Source of the DNA: an uncultured delta proteobacterium
Lineage (GTDB): Bacteria > Desulfobacterota > Binatia > UBA9968
Direction of reading: 5' to 3'
Length of the DNA stretch: 64,000 nt
NCBI GenBank assembly: GCA_963816145.1
Contig: CAWFJP010000031.1
Span: 96,001-160,000, forward strand
The notes below the pieces were generated by a model, which saw only the letters and a program-made list of their open reading frames with translations, searched no databases and was not told where the DNA came from. Positions within the stretch are counted from its first letter, which is position 1. The number at the start of each line of letters is the position of its first letter. This document shows positions 12,559 to 24,133 of this stretch, one piece after another. The translations under genes were made by a program, and so were the position numbers.

Positions 12559-13851
12559 TCATGTCGATTTCGCGAACATCCGGTAAACAGCCTGAGCCCC
12601 TTCGAGCAGCCGGTGATCCTGGTTACGGTGACCGATGAGCTGAATGCCGACGGGCAGACCCGAAGGTCCGGTAAACACCGGCAGCGTGACGCAAGGCGTA
12701 TAGGTCCAGGTCGACAGGATGTTGAACGAGGTGTCGCCCGTGCTGGCCAGTCCTGCCGGAGCCTCGCCGAGAGCACTTGGCGTGAGCAACAGGTCGATAT
12801 CCTTCATGGCGTCGGCGAGATGTCTGCGGCACTGGTCGAGGACGGCTTCGGCTTCGCGGTATTGTTCGTAGGAGACATTGAGCCATGCGGCGAGTTTGTC
12901 GCGCTGGAACTCGCTCAACAGATCCCAATGGTGATGCCGTTCCCAGGTGAGGGCACGAGAGAACTCGTAATCGTTGATGCGCCGGCCCATGGCCTCGAAC
13001 TGTTCGAACGGCTTGCCGAGATCGACATCGGCGACCTTCGCGCCGGCCTTGCCCAGCGCGCTTGCGGTCTCTTCCAAAAACCGTTTCGTGTAATCCTCCG
13101 CACGGTCCCAGAACATGGTGCGGCAAAAGCCGATCTTGAGATCGTTCACCGCAACGGCGGCCAGAGGTTTCCCGGCGAATCCCGTCAGCGCGGCGCGAAA
13201 CAGAGCAAGGTCCTCGACGGCGCGAGCGAAAAGCCCCACGGTGTCGAAGGACGCGGTGTTCTGCTTGACGCCCTGGGTGCTCACTTCACCGTAGCTCGGT
13301 TTGTAGCCGATGCAGCCGCAGAACGCTGCGGGGCGGATCACCGATCCAACCGTCTGGGTGCCGAAGGCCAGCGGCACCATGCAATCGCCGACCGCGGCGG
13401 CGGAGCCGCTTGAGGAGCCGCCGGGCGTATGCTCGGGGTTGTGCGGATTGGTCGTCTTGCCCCAGGGAAATCGACTGGCAAACTCGGTGGTCACGGTCTT
13501 GCCCAAAAGCACCCCGCCGGCCGCCCGGCTCAGCGCCACGCACGCGGCGTCCGCCGCCGGACGGTTACCTTTGTAGATAGGAGAGCCGTACTCCGTCGGC
13601 AAATCGGCCGTGTCCATGATGTCCTTGGCGGCGAAGGGAACGCCGTGAAGCGGTCCGCGGCTCGCGCTCCGGTCGCATTCCCGGGCCTGCGCCAGGGCAA
13701 AATCGCGGTCCAAATGGACCCAGGCTTTGACTTGCGATTCGCGCGCATCGATGCGCGCGAGACAGGAGCGCAGCAGAGCTTCGGACGTGAGTTTGCCTTC
13801 GCGAATGCGCGCCGCGGCATCACTCGCCGACAAGCGAAATAAATCCGCCAT
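12559..13851 (-). CDS. amidase signature family enzyme
   Basis: GPLHGVPFAAKD, TPGGSSSGSAAAV, GTQTVGSVIRPAAFCG. Confidence 0.95.
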   Translation of the reverse strand: MADLFRLSASDAAARIREGKLTSEALLRSCLARIDARESQVKAWVHLDRDFALAQARECDRSASRGPLHGVPFAAKDIMDTADLPTEYGSPIYKGNRPAADAACVALSRAAGGVLLGKTVTTEFASRFPWGKTTNPHNPEHTPGGSSSGSAAAVGDCMVPLAFGTQTVGSVIRPAAFCGCIGYKPSYGEVSTQGVKQNTASFDTVGLFARAVEDLALFRAALTGFAGKPLAAVAVNDLKIGFCRTMFWDRAEDYTKRFLEETASALGKAGAKVADVDLGKPFEQFEAMGRRINDYEFSRALTWERHHHWDLLSEFQRDKLAAWLNVSYEQYREAEAVLDQCRRHLADAMKDIDLLLTPSALGEAPAGLASTGDTSFNILSTWTYTPCVTLPVFTGPSGLPVGIQLIGHRNQDHRLLEGAQAVYRMFAKST

Positions 13852-14346
13852 GTGATTCTCCTTGAAAGGATGCAAAGAGGAATTCAACTCGACCGCTGAA
13901 TCCGCAAAGCGTTTGGCAACATAACCGAGCAGCCGTCGCGAGTGCAACAAGATATTGAACATGGGAGTGGCGGCGCGAATAACCGAGCAACGAACAAGCG
14001 CGGACTGATCGAGCACGGGCGGTGATGGCGACGCTCTTCCGGCGCAATGTGTGAACCGACAAACGTTTTGGTGATCATGATCGGTTGAACATCACAGTTA
14101 TAGATTAACCCGGATTTTCTTCGGGTTTCGAGTTTAGGTCGGTCGGCCAGCCCGAGAATGTGTGATTGCCAGACCTAACCATACGCCCTCAGACTTGTCC
14201 TTAACGCCGAGTGCAATCAGCGTCAAGCCGCGCGTCCCTTGACGCTGCGGTTCGATTGGAACTATTGTCCGCATCATCAAGCTTGGTCCGGCTGCGCGTC
14301 GATTACCGGTCGCCAATTTATCATTGTGAAAAAGGGGGAAACTCCG

Positions 14347-15486
14347 ATGGCTGACAAGATCGTTTCGGCGGATGGGCATATGGATTTGTTTTATCTGCCG
14401 GCGGATACATTCACGTCGCGGGCGCCGGCGCAGCTGCGCGAGCGCGTGCCGCATGTGGTGGACGTCGGTGGCAAACCCACTTGGATCGGCGACGGCGCCA
14501 ACATGGGCGCGCACGCGGCGTGGATGGGGCGCGGACAGATGACCACTCATCGCGGCCGGCGCATGGCGGAGGCCGGTTGGCAGCCGAGTCATCCGCCCGA
14601 TCCCAAGCTCAGGCTCGCCGACCTGGACCTGGACGGTATCGAAGCGGAAATCATCTACGGTATCCGCTTCGTCGAGGACAGCATCAAAGATCCCGAGGTC
14701 ATCGCGGCGACCTACCGGGCCTACAACGATTTCATCGCCGAGTTCTCTTCTTACAATCCGCGCCGCTTCATCGGTATCGCCAATATTCCGGCGACATCCG
14801 CCGAGGCGGCAAGCGCGGAGTTGCGTCGCGTCGGCAGAAACGGCTTGGGGCTGCGCGGCGCGATGATTGATTGGTTCAACGGGCCGGAGCCGATCTGGCA
14901 TCAGATGTGGGAGCCGATGTGGAGCGCGGCGGAGGAAAATCAAGTGGCGCTGTCGTTTCATATCGGCGTCGGTCATGGCACGACGACCTGCGGACCGATC
15001 AGCGTCGAGCAGAAGCTCAAGGGCGATTTGCCGCGGGTTTCCCACGCAACGCACCAGGCGGTGGTGGCGATGCAAGCCGACGAATGTTTGGTGGCGATCC
15101 TGCTATGCGGCGCGCTTGAGCGTCATCCCGGACTCAAAGTCGTCATGGCCGAGAGTCATATCGGTTGGATTCCCTATGTGTTGGAGCGGGTCGACATGAA
15201 ATTCAAAGAGGGCATGTACGACGACTTGATTCGCACCAAACCGAGCGAACAGTTCAATCGGCAAGTGTGGGCCACCTTTCAAGACGATCGGGTTGGCGCG
15301 CTGTTGGCGGAAGAATATGGCGCCGAGAGTTTTTGCTGGGCGTCGGACTATCCGCATGCCGATGGGATCTTTCCCGATTCGCAAAGTTTTATTCGCGACA
15401 CCATGGGGCACCTGAATGGCGAATTGCAACGCAAACTCACGTTCGCCAACGCGGTGCGGCTCTATGATCTGCACTGGCTGCTGTAA
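14347..15486 (+). CDS. amidohydrolase family 2 protein
   Basis: SADGH, FHIG, ESHIGWIP, WASDYPHAD, NAVRLY. Confidence 0.93.
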   Translation: MADKIVSADGHMDLFYLPADTFTSRAPAQLRERVPHVVDVGGKPTWIGDGANMGAHAAWMGRGQMTTHRGRRMAEAGWQPSHPPDPKLRLADLDLDGIEAEIIYGIRFVEDSIKDPEVIAATYRAYNDFIAEFSSYNPRRFIGIANIPATSAEAASAELRRVGRNGLGLRGAMIDWFNGPEPIWHQMWEPMWSAAEENQVALSFHIGVGHGTTTCGPISVEQKLKGDLPRVSHATHQAVVAMQADECLVAILLCGALERHPGLKVVMAESHIGWIPYVLERVDMKFKEGMYDDLIRTKPSEQFNRQVWATFQDDRVGALLAEEYGAESFCWASDYPHADGIFPDSQSFIRDTMGHLNGELQRKLTFANAVRLYDLHWLL

Positions 15487-15498
15487 GCGCCGAATGGG

Positions 15499-16548
15499 AT
15501 GCTCAGGGGACGCATGATGAGACCATTCAAAGCGCGAGTGTTGTTATGGGTCTGGGCGACTGCTGTTGCGTTATGTCACGGTAGCGCCAACGGCGCGTCC
15601 GACGAGATGGTGAAGGGCGCGCTCAAGGAAGCCAACCTGATGATCTACGGCACGACGCAGATCGATCACATGCACGCGCTGATCAAGCAGTTCAATCAGA
15701 AATATCCCGCCATCAAGACCAGCTATCTACGTCAAGGAACCACCGCCGTCTACGAGAGAATTCTACGCGAGCAGCGCACCGGCTTGTTTAGCGCCGATGT
15801 CTACGGCGGCATTGGCGGACTGCAAGCCTGGCTGCTGGCTCAGAAGGGGGCGCTGGCGCCGTATCCGTCGGCGGAACGAGCGACGATCAGCAACAACTTG
15901 AAGGACAAAGATGGCTACTGGACGGCGGCGTACACGGTGAGTTTCGTTACAGCCTTTAGCACCAAAGAGATTTCCCGCGCCGAGGCGCCGCGCAGTTACG
16001 ACGATTTCCTTTTGCCCAAGTGGAAAGGGAAAATGTGGCTCAACGAGGATGATATCGAATGGTACGCCACCATGTTCGAGATCATGGGCAAAGATAAAGC
16101 GCCGCAGTTCATGCGCCGGCTGGCGCAGCAAGACTTACGCTACGGCCGCGATCCGAGCCTCGCCATCGAGCTGCTCTGCGCCGGCGAGTTTCCGCTGATG
16201 ATCGGCATCCATTTTCATCACACCGAAAGACTTAAACAGAAAGGCTGCCCGCTCGACTGGGTGGTCACCGAGCCCGGATACAACCGCCCGCCGATCGCCA
16301 TCGGTCTGGCCAAGAACGCGCCCCATGGCAACGCCGGCAAGCTGTTCATCGATTTTATTTTATCGCAGGAAGGGCAGCGGGCGATCCAAACCATCGCGCT
16401 GCGCTATCCGGTGCGACCGGATGTCGAGCTGAGCGGCGCGCTTTTGAAGCTGAAGGGGATTCGTTTCTGGGACTCCAATTGGGACACGGTGTTTCGCAAC
16501 ATCGACAGCCATCAGAAATCATTCCGGCAGACTTTCGGTTTTAGCTGA
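15499..16548 (+). CDS. extracellular solute-binding protein (AfuA/Fe3+-type ABC family)
   Basis: Signal peptide; PRSYDDFLLPKWKGK, APHGNAGKLFIDFILSQEGQ. Confidence 0.9.
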   Translation: MLRGRMMRPFKARVLLWVWATAVALCHGSANGASDEMVKGALKEANLMIYGTTQIDHMHALIKQFNQKYPAIKTSYLRQGTTAVYERILREQRTGLFSADVYGGIGGLQAWLLAQKGALAPYPSAERATISNNLKDKDGYWTAAYTVSFVTAFSTKEISRAEAPRSYDDFLLPKWKGKMWLNEDDIEWYATMFEIMGKDKAPQFMRRLAQQDLRYGRDPSLAIELLCAGEFPLMIGIHFHHTERLKQKGCPLDWVVTEPGYNRPPIAIGLAKNAPHGNAGKLFIDFILSQEGQRAIQTIALRYPVRPDVELSGALLKLKGIRFWDSNWDTVFRNIDSHQKSFRQTFGFS

Positions 16549-16627
16549 CCGGTGACGGAGTTGATCGGGCTCGCGCTTAATTTGCTGGCAGCGTCGGAAC
16601 CGTGAGGAACTACGATCCCGGTGGTGC

Positions 16628-16734
16628 TCATGTCGATTTCGCGAACATCCGGTAGACAGCCTGGGCTCCTTCCAACAGGCGGTGATCCTGGTTACGGTGA
16701 CCGATGAGCTGAATGCCGACGGGCAGACCGGAAG
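16628..16734 (-). pseudogene. duplicated 3' end of the amidase gene
   Basis: Near-identical to 12559-12665, including the stop codon. Confidence 0.9.
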
Positions 16735-16971
16735 ATGAGAAAAGGAATGAGAAAAGGGGACGCGAACCTTTTTACGTTTCAGGCCGAGCCTCGGTTCGCG
16801 AGATTTGCTATCCTGTCATCAATCGAAGCAGCGCGCGGACCGAGGTATTCCGACGAGGGATGCCCTGGGGTTCAGTCGGTTGGATTTAACGTTGCTTAGA
16901 CATGTGGCGGCTGCGGTGGTTATTTTGCCAGGGCCTCTATTAGATCAGATTTAGCTATCACCGAGGGCGAA

Positions 16972-18994
16972 TTGGAAGAAAGCGAAGCTGAAAAAGAGAC
17001 AGGCCGAGGGAACCGAAAGGTCGCGAGCCCGCGCCATCAGGAGGCGATCCGGATGAAGTGCATTCGCGCTTCGGGCGCCTTTGTCGAGTTCCCGAAACCA
17101 GAGGTCGAACAGTCGATTCCGGAGCGGTTCGAAAAAATCGTCGGCATAAATCCGCACGGGATCGCGGTAAAGGCGGAAGACCAAGCCGTGACCTACGCTG
17201 AACTCAACGCGATGGCGAACCGGGTCGCCCGCAAGATTGTGCAACAGCGAGGGAGTGAGGCGGAACCCATCGGCGTGTTGTTGGAAAAAGGTCTGGAGCA
17301 GATAGTCGCGATACTCGGAACTTTGAAGGCCGGCAAGTTCTTTGCGCTTTTGGACCCGTCTTTCCCGGCGGCGCGGAATACCGGCATGTTGGCGGATTTA
17401 CGGCCCGGACTCGTCATCACGAATCAAGATAGTGTTTCGCCGATCGGAAAACATCAACGGAGCCAGTATCGTTTTCTGGAGATCGAGCCTTATGATGCAG
17501 AAACCCCGGGTACGGACCTCGAACTGCGCATAACACCCCGGCGAGCTTGCTGCTGTCTTATACACCTCGGGGTCAACTGGAGAACCCAAGGGTGTCCTCC
17601 AGAGCCATCGCAACGTGCTTCACAACATGATGCTGCGCACCAATATGTTTGGAATCGGTGCCTGCGACAAGCTGAGCGTCCTCGCTTCCGGAACGCCAAA
17701 TGCGGTGATGAACACATTTCTTGGTTTGCTCAACGGCGCGACACTGGTTTTGTTTGACGTCCAAAAAGAAGGCACGATGCGCCTCGTCGATTGGTTTTTG
17801 CGGGAGAGGATCGCAATTTGTTGGACCACTGCACCCCTATTCCGCAAATTTTGCGAAACTCTCAACGGGGATGAAGAATTCGTTGACCTTCGTCATGTCA
17901 TATTGGCGAGCGACCAGGCTGGCAAATCGGATTTTGATCTGTTCAAGGAGCACTTCTCCGTCAACACGGTTCTTTCCAACGCCTTGACCGGTAGCGAAAC
18001 GGGACTCTTGAGAACTTTCATGATGGATCATGAAACAGAAATTCTCGGCAACGATTTGCCTGTGGGCTACATGGTCGAGGACAAAGAGACTCTCCTTCTG
18101 GATGAGGAAGGCAAACGACTCGACTTCAACGAGGTGGGCGAGATAGTTGTGAACAGCGAGTATCTATCCCCTGGCTACTGGCGCAGGCCCGACCTCACTG
18201 AAGCGAAGTTCAAACCGGATCCCAGCGGCAGCAGCAGGCGATTATATTTCACCGGCGATTTAGGTCTGATGCTTCCTGACGGCTGCCTCGTCCACAAGGG
18301 ACGAAAGGACTTTCGGGTCAAGATTCGAGGTTACAGCGTCGAGATTGCGGAAGTCGAGAAAACTCTGCGCGAGCATCCCCTCATTCGGGAGATCGTTATC
18401 GTGGCACGGCGCAATGAATCGAGGGAAGCTCGGTTGGTCGGGTATTTTGTCGCTTCTTCCCAGGAGGCTCCTCGGGTTAGCGAGCTACGAGCATTTTTGA
18501 GCAAAAAGCTGCCTGACTACATGATTCCCTCGGCTTTTGTGAAGCTGGATGCAATGCCGCTGTCATCAGGGGGCAAGGTGGATCGCAGCGTTCTTCCCGA
18601 TCCCGACAATCGTCGACCGGATCTAGCCACGCCGTTCGTCGCGGCTGGAACTCCGGTGGAAAAAGGCCTGGCGGCGATATGGGCTGAAGTTCTCTCTCTC
18701 GATGGTGTCGGAATGAACGACAATTTCCTCGATCTTGGCGGTCATTCATTGGCCGCGACGCAAATTGTCTCGCGGGTGCTGCAGCAGTTTCAGTTGGAGA
18801 TACCCGTGCGTTCTTTTCTCGAGTCTCCGACGGTTGCCGCGATGGCGGCTGTGATTGCAGAATATCAAGCGAAAACAATCGGCGAACCGCAATTGGAGCG
18901 AATTTTGGCCGAGGTCGAATCCATTTCGGAGGAAAAAGCGAAGCAATTCCTCGCCAAGTCAGGGAAGATAAACAGGTCGAGAGAATCCGAGTAG
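16972..18994 (+). CDS. stand-alone NRPS adenylation-thiolation (A-T) protein; frameshift near 17540
   Basis: TYAELN, YTSGSTGEPKG (frame 2), YFTGDLG, GRKDFRVKIRG, LPDYMIP, PCP motif FLDLGGHSL. Confidence 0.88.
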
Positions 18995-19064
18995 CGATCT
19001 TTTAGATCGCCTAGGCACTCTGGCTATCATGCTAGCCTGATACCGCGATGCGGCTCCAATCCGC

Positions 19065-19148
19065 ATCCGGATCAACGACCCATGGCGGATCTGTTTTACT
19101 TGGAAAGATGACGGTCCGCATGACGTTGAAATCGTCGACTATCATTAA
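19065..19148 (+). pseudogene. higB: HigB toxin C-terminal remnant
   Basis: Translates IRINDPWRICFTWKDDGPHDVEIVDYH*, the typical plasmid-killer HigB ending. Confidence 0.85.
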
Positions 19149-19159
19149 GAAGTAACAAA

Positions 19160-19467
19160 ATGAAAAAGAATGGAATGCGACCGGTGCCTCCAGATGAAAT
19201 TCTCAACGAGGAGTTTTTGAAACCCCGGGTCAGACGGCAAACGCGCCCGCGAAGGCGATCGGGGTGCCGCCCAACCGGATCACGGCGATTCTAACAGATG
19301 CCAGAGGCATCACGGGAGATACGGCGATCCGGCTGGGAACGTTTTTCAAAATTTCGGCGGAATTCTGCATGAACCTGCAAATGACCTACGACCTGCGCAA
19401 CGCCGCAAAGGCTCTGCCGGCGAGGGTGAGAAAGAGCATCGAAGGCAACAGGAGCGTGTTGGTGTAA
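19160..19467 (+). pseudogene. higA: HigA antitoxin, frameshifted
   Basis: MKKNGMRPVPPDEILNEEFLKP..AIGVPPNRITAI..RGITGDTAIRL..FCMNLQMTYDL. Confidence 0.88.
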
Positions 19468-19579
19468 GTCGCAAGACTGAGGACGGCAAAAGCGTAATCG
19501 TGCCAATCGCTAGTCGCTGATAAAAGTCTGTCTCCGCCACCGCTCCTAAATCTTGACTGTGAGCGATGCAGACGGTCTC

Positions 19580-20686
19580 TTATCCCCACACCTCGCGCGC
19601 CGTCCTGACGACGAGTTCGAGCTTTTGCTGTTGTTCTTCAGGTGAGATCGGGTTGCCGAGAACCGACGAAGCAAAACCGCACTGGGTGCTGACGCCGAGC
19701 TGCGCCAGCGGAAAATACTTGCCGGCCGTCGCGACGCGCCGGCGTAGGTCATCCATGCGCTCAAGCCGGCCGGTTTTAGCTGGTGATCAAGCCGAGCACG
19801 ATGAATTTGTCTTCGGGGATGTCCTTGAGCGCCGCGAACGTGCCGGCGCGCTCGTCGTCGTACTCGAGCAAGAGCCGCTGTGCCTTGAGCCGCCGGAAGA
19901 GCCTACGACCGATCGATTCGTAACCGCCCTCGGCGAGCCACCGGCCGCCCTGATTGCCGCGTCAGAGATGGAGCGCAAAAGTGACACCTGGAAATCCCGC
20001 GATGATGCGCATTGTCGAGCTCGATGCCAAGCGTCAACCATTGGTCCAGACTCCACCCTTGCGCTTCGTAGAAACGCCGTGTCTTGGCGTCGAGCATCAG
20101 CCCGTAGTGCGGCGCATCGATTTGGATGTAAGCGAGCACCCAAGCGCACCAGCTCTTGAACCTCTTCGCGCAAGAGCTGAACGATGTCGGCGAGAAAACT
20201 ATCCAGCGTCGGGTAGGCGGCACGGGAGTGTTCGCGCGACCAGAAATTCGCCCAGAGCCCTGGGCTCGGCAGGGTAATTTTAGCAACGCGGCTGGTTTTG
20301 TTCTTCAGAAAGGCGAACTCATCGGCGGATAACCAGCGCTTGCGGACGAGTTTACCGGTCGCCCCGAGGTTTTGCGGGCGCGCTGTGCGGACTGTTCCTT
20401 GGGCATTATGCCACTCGCCCCAAAGAAATGCGTCCATGGTGAAGTCGCCGAAGCCCTCGACTGCCGCAGTCATTTGGCTCTGAAAAGACTGCCGGCGCAT
20501 CTCGCCGTCGGTCACGATTTCGAGCCCGGCTGCCTCTTGCATCGCGATCGCGTCACAGACGGCGCGATCCTCGAGTTCCCTCAAGCGTGAAGCCTCGACC
20601 TCGCCGGCCGCAAACCGGCTGCGCGCCTCGCTCAATTCTTGTGGTCTGAGCAGGCTGCCAACCACGTCGGCATGAGCGGTTATCAT
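19580..20686 (-). pseudogene. cobalamin-independent methionine synthase II (MetE C-terminal-like) protein; several frameshifts
   Basis: ADVVGSLLRP, TDGEMRR, IQIDAP, LEYDDERAG and STQCGFAS motifs spread across frames. Confidence 0.85.
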
Positions 20687-21152
20687 AGCGCGGAAAACCC
20701 CAGCGGGGATCGTGACGGATAATGCCAACCGATGCTCAGAGTCTAGTGCAGGGCGCGAGGCCGTTACAAGTCCAAATCGATAAGTTGAAAAAGCGAACTA
20801 GGAATCCAAGCACGGCATCGTGCGCTTTAGGCGGTAGTTGAAACCTATGCCCTGGACAATGCGGTAAAGTTCACAGAGCCCAATTTGACGTCGAAAATGA
20901 GGCTCTAAGTGGAGAAAACAGTCTCCCACGGGAGAGCATTTCTGAAGTCGCGCCAGCTTTTCGCGGTTCGACCAGCGCACCTATCAGCAAAGTATGGACT
21001 TTAGACTTCAGTGGACGGCGGTAGGGTTTGACGTCTGGCCTGCAATTGGGTTATTCGCCTCGAAGACATTCGGCGGGATCGTGAAGTGAGTGAGGTCTTT
21101 AAAAAACCTTGCGAGCGCGGACGTCTGCCGCCGCGCTGATGGGAGGTCTGCC

Positions 21153-22211
21153 ATGGGAAAGAAACACTTGATCGTGCGGTTTTGGGTCACCGTCGTTGCG
21201 GTTTTAGCCGTGTTTGCCGACGGTGCTTTGGCGCAGGCGCCCTTTTATCAGGGTAAGACCTTAGCGATTGTCTTGGGCACCGCCCCCGGAGGAGCGGGAG
21301 ATCACCGCACAAAGGCCCTGGTTCCTTCTTTGCGGAAATACATTCCCGGCAATCCGACCATCGTGCTCGAACACAGGGCCGGCGGCGGCGGCCGACAAGC
21401 AGCCAATCATGTTTACCAAAACGCCAAGCCGGACGGGCTGACTATCGGCGCCTTGAGCGGCAGCATCGTCGCACTCAACATCCTCGGCGCGACCGGTGTG
21501 ATGTACGATATCGATAAGTTTATCTACCTCGGTACGTCGGAAAGCACTTCGCATCAGATCCTGTACACAAGAAAAGAACTTGGTCTGAGCAATCCCGAGA
21601 AGCTGCGAGCGGCTTCCGGCCTCAGGCTCGGCGCCCAGGCGGTCGGACATCCGAACTATATCGCCGGGCGGCTCTTTGGCTATTTTCTCGGTATGAAGGA
21701 ACCGAAGTTTATCGTCGGCTACACGACTCCGGAGATCGAGGTAGCTCTCTTGAGCGGCGAGCTCGATGGCAGGGCGAATAATGTCGCCCAGCTACTCCAC
21801 CGCAACCCCGATTGGGTGGAGAAAAGCGTGATGGATATCCACGCGATCTTGGAGATTCCGAAAGGAGCCAAGCATCCGCGCTTCGGTCGTGTCCCCGAGA
21901 TCGAAAGTTTTGCAAAATCTCAAAATGAGTCCAAGCTCCTGACCATGTACCGGACCTTGAGACTCGTGGGCGTGCCTTACGCTTTGCCGCCGGGGACACC
22001 GAAGGACAAAGTCATGATTCTCCAGGACGCCATGCGCAAGGCTTTCAAAGACGCCGAATTTCATCGCGAATACAAAAAGCTCACCGGCGAAGACCCCGAT
22101 CCGCTGATGCCCGAAGAGATGGAGAAAGCGATCAGGGAAATGCCGCGCGACGCCGAGGTGATCGAGCTGCTAAAAAAACTTTCCGGCGAGGGCCCGCTTC
22201 CCGGACGATAA
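21153..22211 (+). CDS. Bug/TctC tripartite tricarboxylate transporter substrate-binding protein
   Basis: APFYQGKT..GTAPGGAGD..IPGNPTIV..AKPDGLTIG..PPGTPKD. Confidence 0.92.
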   Translation: MGKKHLIVRFWVTVVAVLAVFADGALAQAPFYQGKTLAIVLGTAPGGAGDHRTKALVPSLRKYIPGNPTIVLEHRAGGGGRQAANHVYQNAKPDGLTIGALSGSIVALNILGATGVMYDIDKFIYLGTSESTSHQILYTRKELGLSNPEKLRAASGLRLGAQAVGHPNYIAGRLFGYFLGMKEPKFIVGYTTPEIEVALLSGELDGRANNVAQLLHRNPDWVEKSVMDIHAILEIPKGAKHPRFGRVPEIESFAKSQNESKLLTMYRTLRLVGVPYALPPGTPKDKVMILQDAMRKAFKDAEFHREYKKLTGEDPDPLMPEEMEKAIREMPRDAEVIELLKKLSGEGPLPGR

Positions 22212-22518
22212 CCGCAAAGGCCGCCTAGTGTGCCGACCCAAAAGTTCGCTACATGATTCATCCGTCATTCCGGGCAAGCTGGCGATAGCTAGCGCGATCC
22301 GGAATCCAGGAAAATCGCCAATCTGGATGCCGGCTTTCTCCGCCATGACGATATCAGGCCGTCCGACTTGTTTTGCGAACTTCTGGACCAGGACACTAGG
22401 GAGCATGGCTGCGCGTCACGGCATGAGTAGGATTCTTGCGGTCTTTCTCTCCGCGGCTTCGGTCGGGAATTGGTCCGAGCCCGATGCAGTTCGACAAGTT
22501 GACGGCCGTGCAAAGGTA
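22095..22518 (+). repeat. 424-bp direct repeat, copy 1 (tctC 3' end + REP-like palindrome)
   Basis: Aligns with 28307-28730 with few mismatches. Confidence 0.95.
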
Positions 22519-22672
22519 AAGATCCGCCCCTCGCAGCATGTGCTGGGAATAGTATTCTCTGAGGCGCCCCCCGGCAGCAAAACGGTCCGACTCAATTGGA
22601 AAGAATAATCATCCATGCAATCCTAATTCAGAATTTCAAATTCGTCGGACTAGATCTCAACCCACCGTTCGC

Positions 22673-23278
22673 TTAACCGTAGCCAAAAACCTTTCGCTCG
22701 ACGGTTCCCGCATCCGCGTCGTACCAGTTGCGCCATAGGTTCTCCATCTCCCGGCTGCGGATCACTACGCTCCAGTTTTCCGTCCGGGCGATGATGGCAT
22801 GGGGCGCGCCGACCGGAATGATTACGACCTCTCCAGCCTTCTGGCGGACCGGCGGCAAGGGGCGCAACTTGGCCCGCCCCGGTTCGCTGCCATCGTCGAT
22901 ACGCTGGTAGATTTGCTGCACCGTCTCGCCTACCAGTATGCCGTAAACGGCCCAGCCAAGCTCGCCATGATCATGCGGCTGGCGGCTGGTGGTGGAGCGC
23001 TGATGCGTCGGGCGGATGCAGAAGAGGTGGTTCGGATCGCTGTAGAGTCGCCAGGAGCCGTAGCCGTCCTGATCCACCGGCTGGCCGTAGGGGATGCTTT
23101 TTCGGGCCAGCACCCGCGCCAGCGAGTCTTTGACGTGATCGAGCGACGCGGGGTTGGCGAGAAACCGTTCCAGAGATTTTTTTGTCCGCTCAAGGATTCG
23201 CCCGACCGTGGTCTCGGTTTCGAATGCGGCGCGGGTCTCGGTGATAAGTTCTTCAACGGGATTGTTTGCTTGATTCAT
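22673..23278 (-). CDS. cysteine dioxygenase-like cupin
   Basis: PHDHGELGWAVYG..Y.RIDDGSEPG..PH; three-His cupin pattern. Confidence 0.8.
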   Translation of the reverse strand: MNQANNPVEELITETRAAFETETTVGRILERTKKSLERFLANPASLDHVKDSLARVLARKSIPYGQPVDQDGYGSWRLYSDPNHLFCIRPTHQRSTTSRQPHDHGELGWAVYGILVGETVQQIYQRIDDGSEPGRAKLRPLPPVRQKAGEVVIIPVGAPHAIIARTENWSVVIRSREMENLWRNWYDADAGTVERKVFGYG

Positions 23279-23290
23279 AATTCCGGCTCC

Positions 23291-23872
23291 TCAGACGCTT
23301 TGCTGAAAGTCTGCCGAGGTGGCGAGGGTAGCCAAATGGTCGATGATATGAAGCGAGACTCGATGGGCTTCCTCGGAAAAAGAGGCGCAACAGTCCTCCA
23401 GCACGATCACCCGAAAGTCCGCGTCGGCGGCATGTCGCACGGCCGACTCGACGACAAATTCAGTGGCCACGCCCATTAAGACCACGGTGTCGATGTCCCT
23501 GCTCCTCAGCATGCTCTCGAGAGCGGTTCCGAAGAACGGGTTCATGCGCGGCTTGCGGACGATGGGCTCGTCGCCGACGGGTTTAACCTCATCGGCGATT
23601 TCCAGAAGCTCGGCCACATCCACGCCGGGAGCGGACAGGACGGGGATTCTTATTTTCTGCAAGAATTTATTCCGCGGTGAAAAAAAAGCCGGTTGGTAAT
23701 CGATGACGACGTGGACAACGAGGATAGCCGCATTGCGCGCCGCGTCTAACACGGACTTCGCCGACTGGCCCACATGGCGCTCGCGGAACATGGAGCTTTT
23801 TCGCACGGTGGCTTTTTGAATGTCCATGGACAGCACCGCCGTCTTGGCGCGATCGAGATTTAGATTTGCCAT
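23291..23872 (-). CDS. isochorismatase/cysteine hydrolase family protein
   Basis: LSMDIQ, KPRMNPFFGT, GVATEFVVES, EDCCAS. Confidence 0.9.
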   Translation of the reverse strand: MANLNLDRAKTAVLSMDIQKATVRKSSMFRERHVGQSAKSVLDAARNAAILVVHVVIDYQPAFFSPRNKFLQKIRIPVLSAPGVDVAELLEIADEVKPVGDEPIVRKPRMNPFFGTALESMLRSRDIDTVVLMGVATEFVVESAVRHAADADFRVIVLEDCCASFSEEAHRVSLHIIDHLATLATSADFQQSV

Positions 23873-24133
23873 AGGTCAACCTTCCACTTCGCCTATATCA
23901 GTTCAGATCGAACGCTGGCAAGCGGACCGGCTGACAGCACGGCAATCCAATGGGCGCGGAGCGTCACTCGCCACGATACTTCAAACCGTTCGCAATCAGC
24001 TCGAACGATTTCGCGCACACCCGCGGGACAGCTTCGCAGCCGCGAAATCAGCCGCAAAACAGCCGGCGTTGTCCTTCGAGCGGGTTGACTCGCGGAAGAG
24101 CCGTAGAGTATTTGTTGGCTGGAGCCAGTCACG

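Noticed and set aside
21040-21090. Second ABC_sub_bind tail (TIPPNV on minus strand)
   Set aside because: Only six residues match and the flanks do not follow the consensus.
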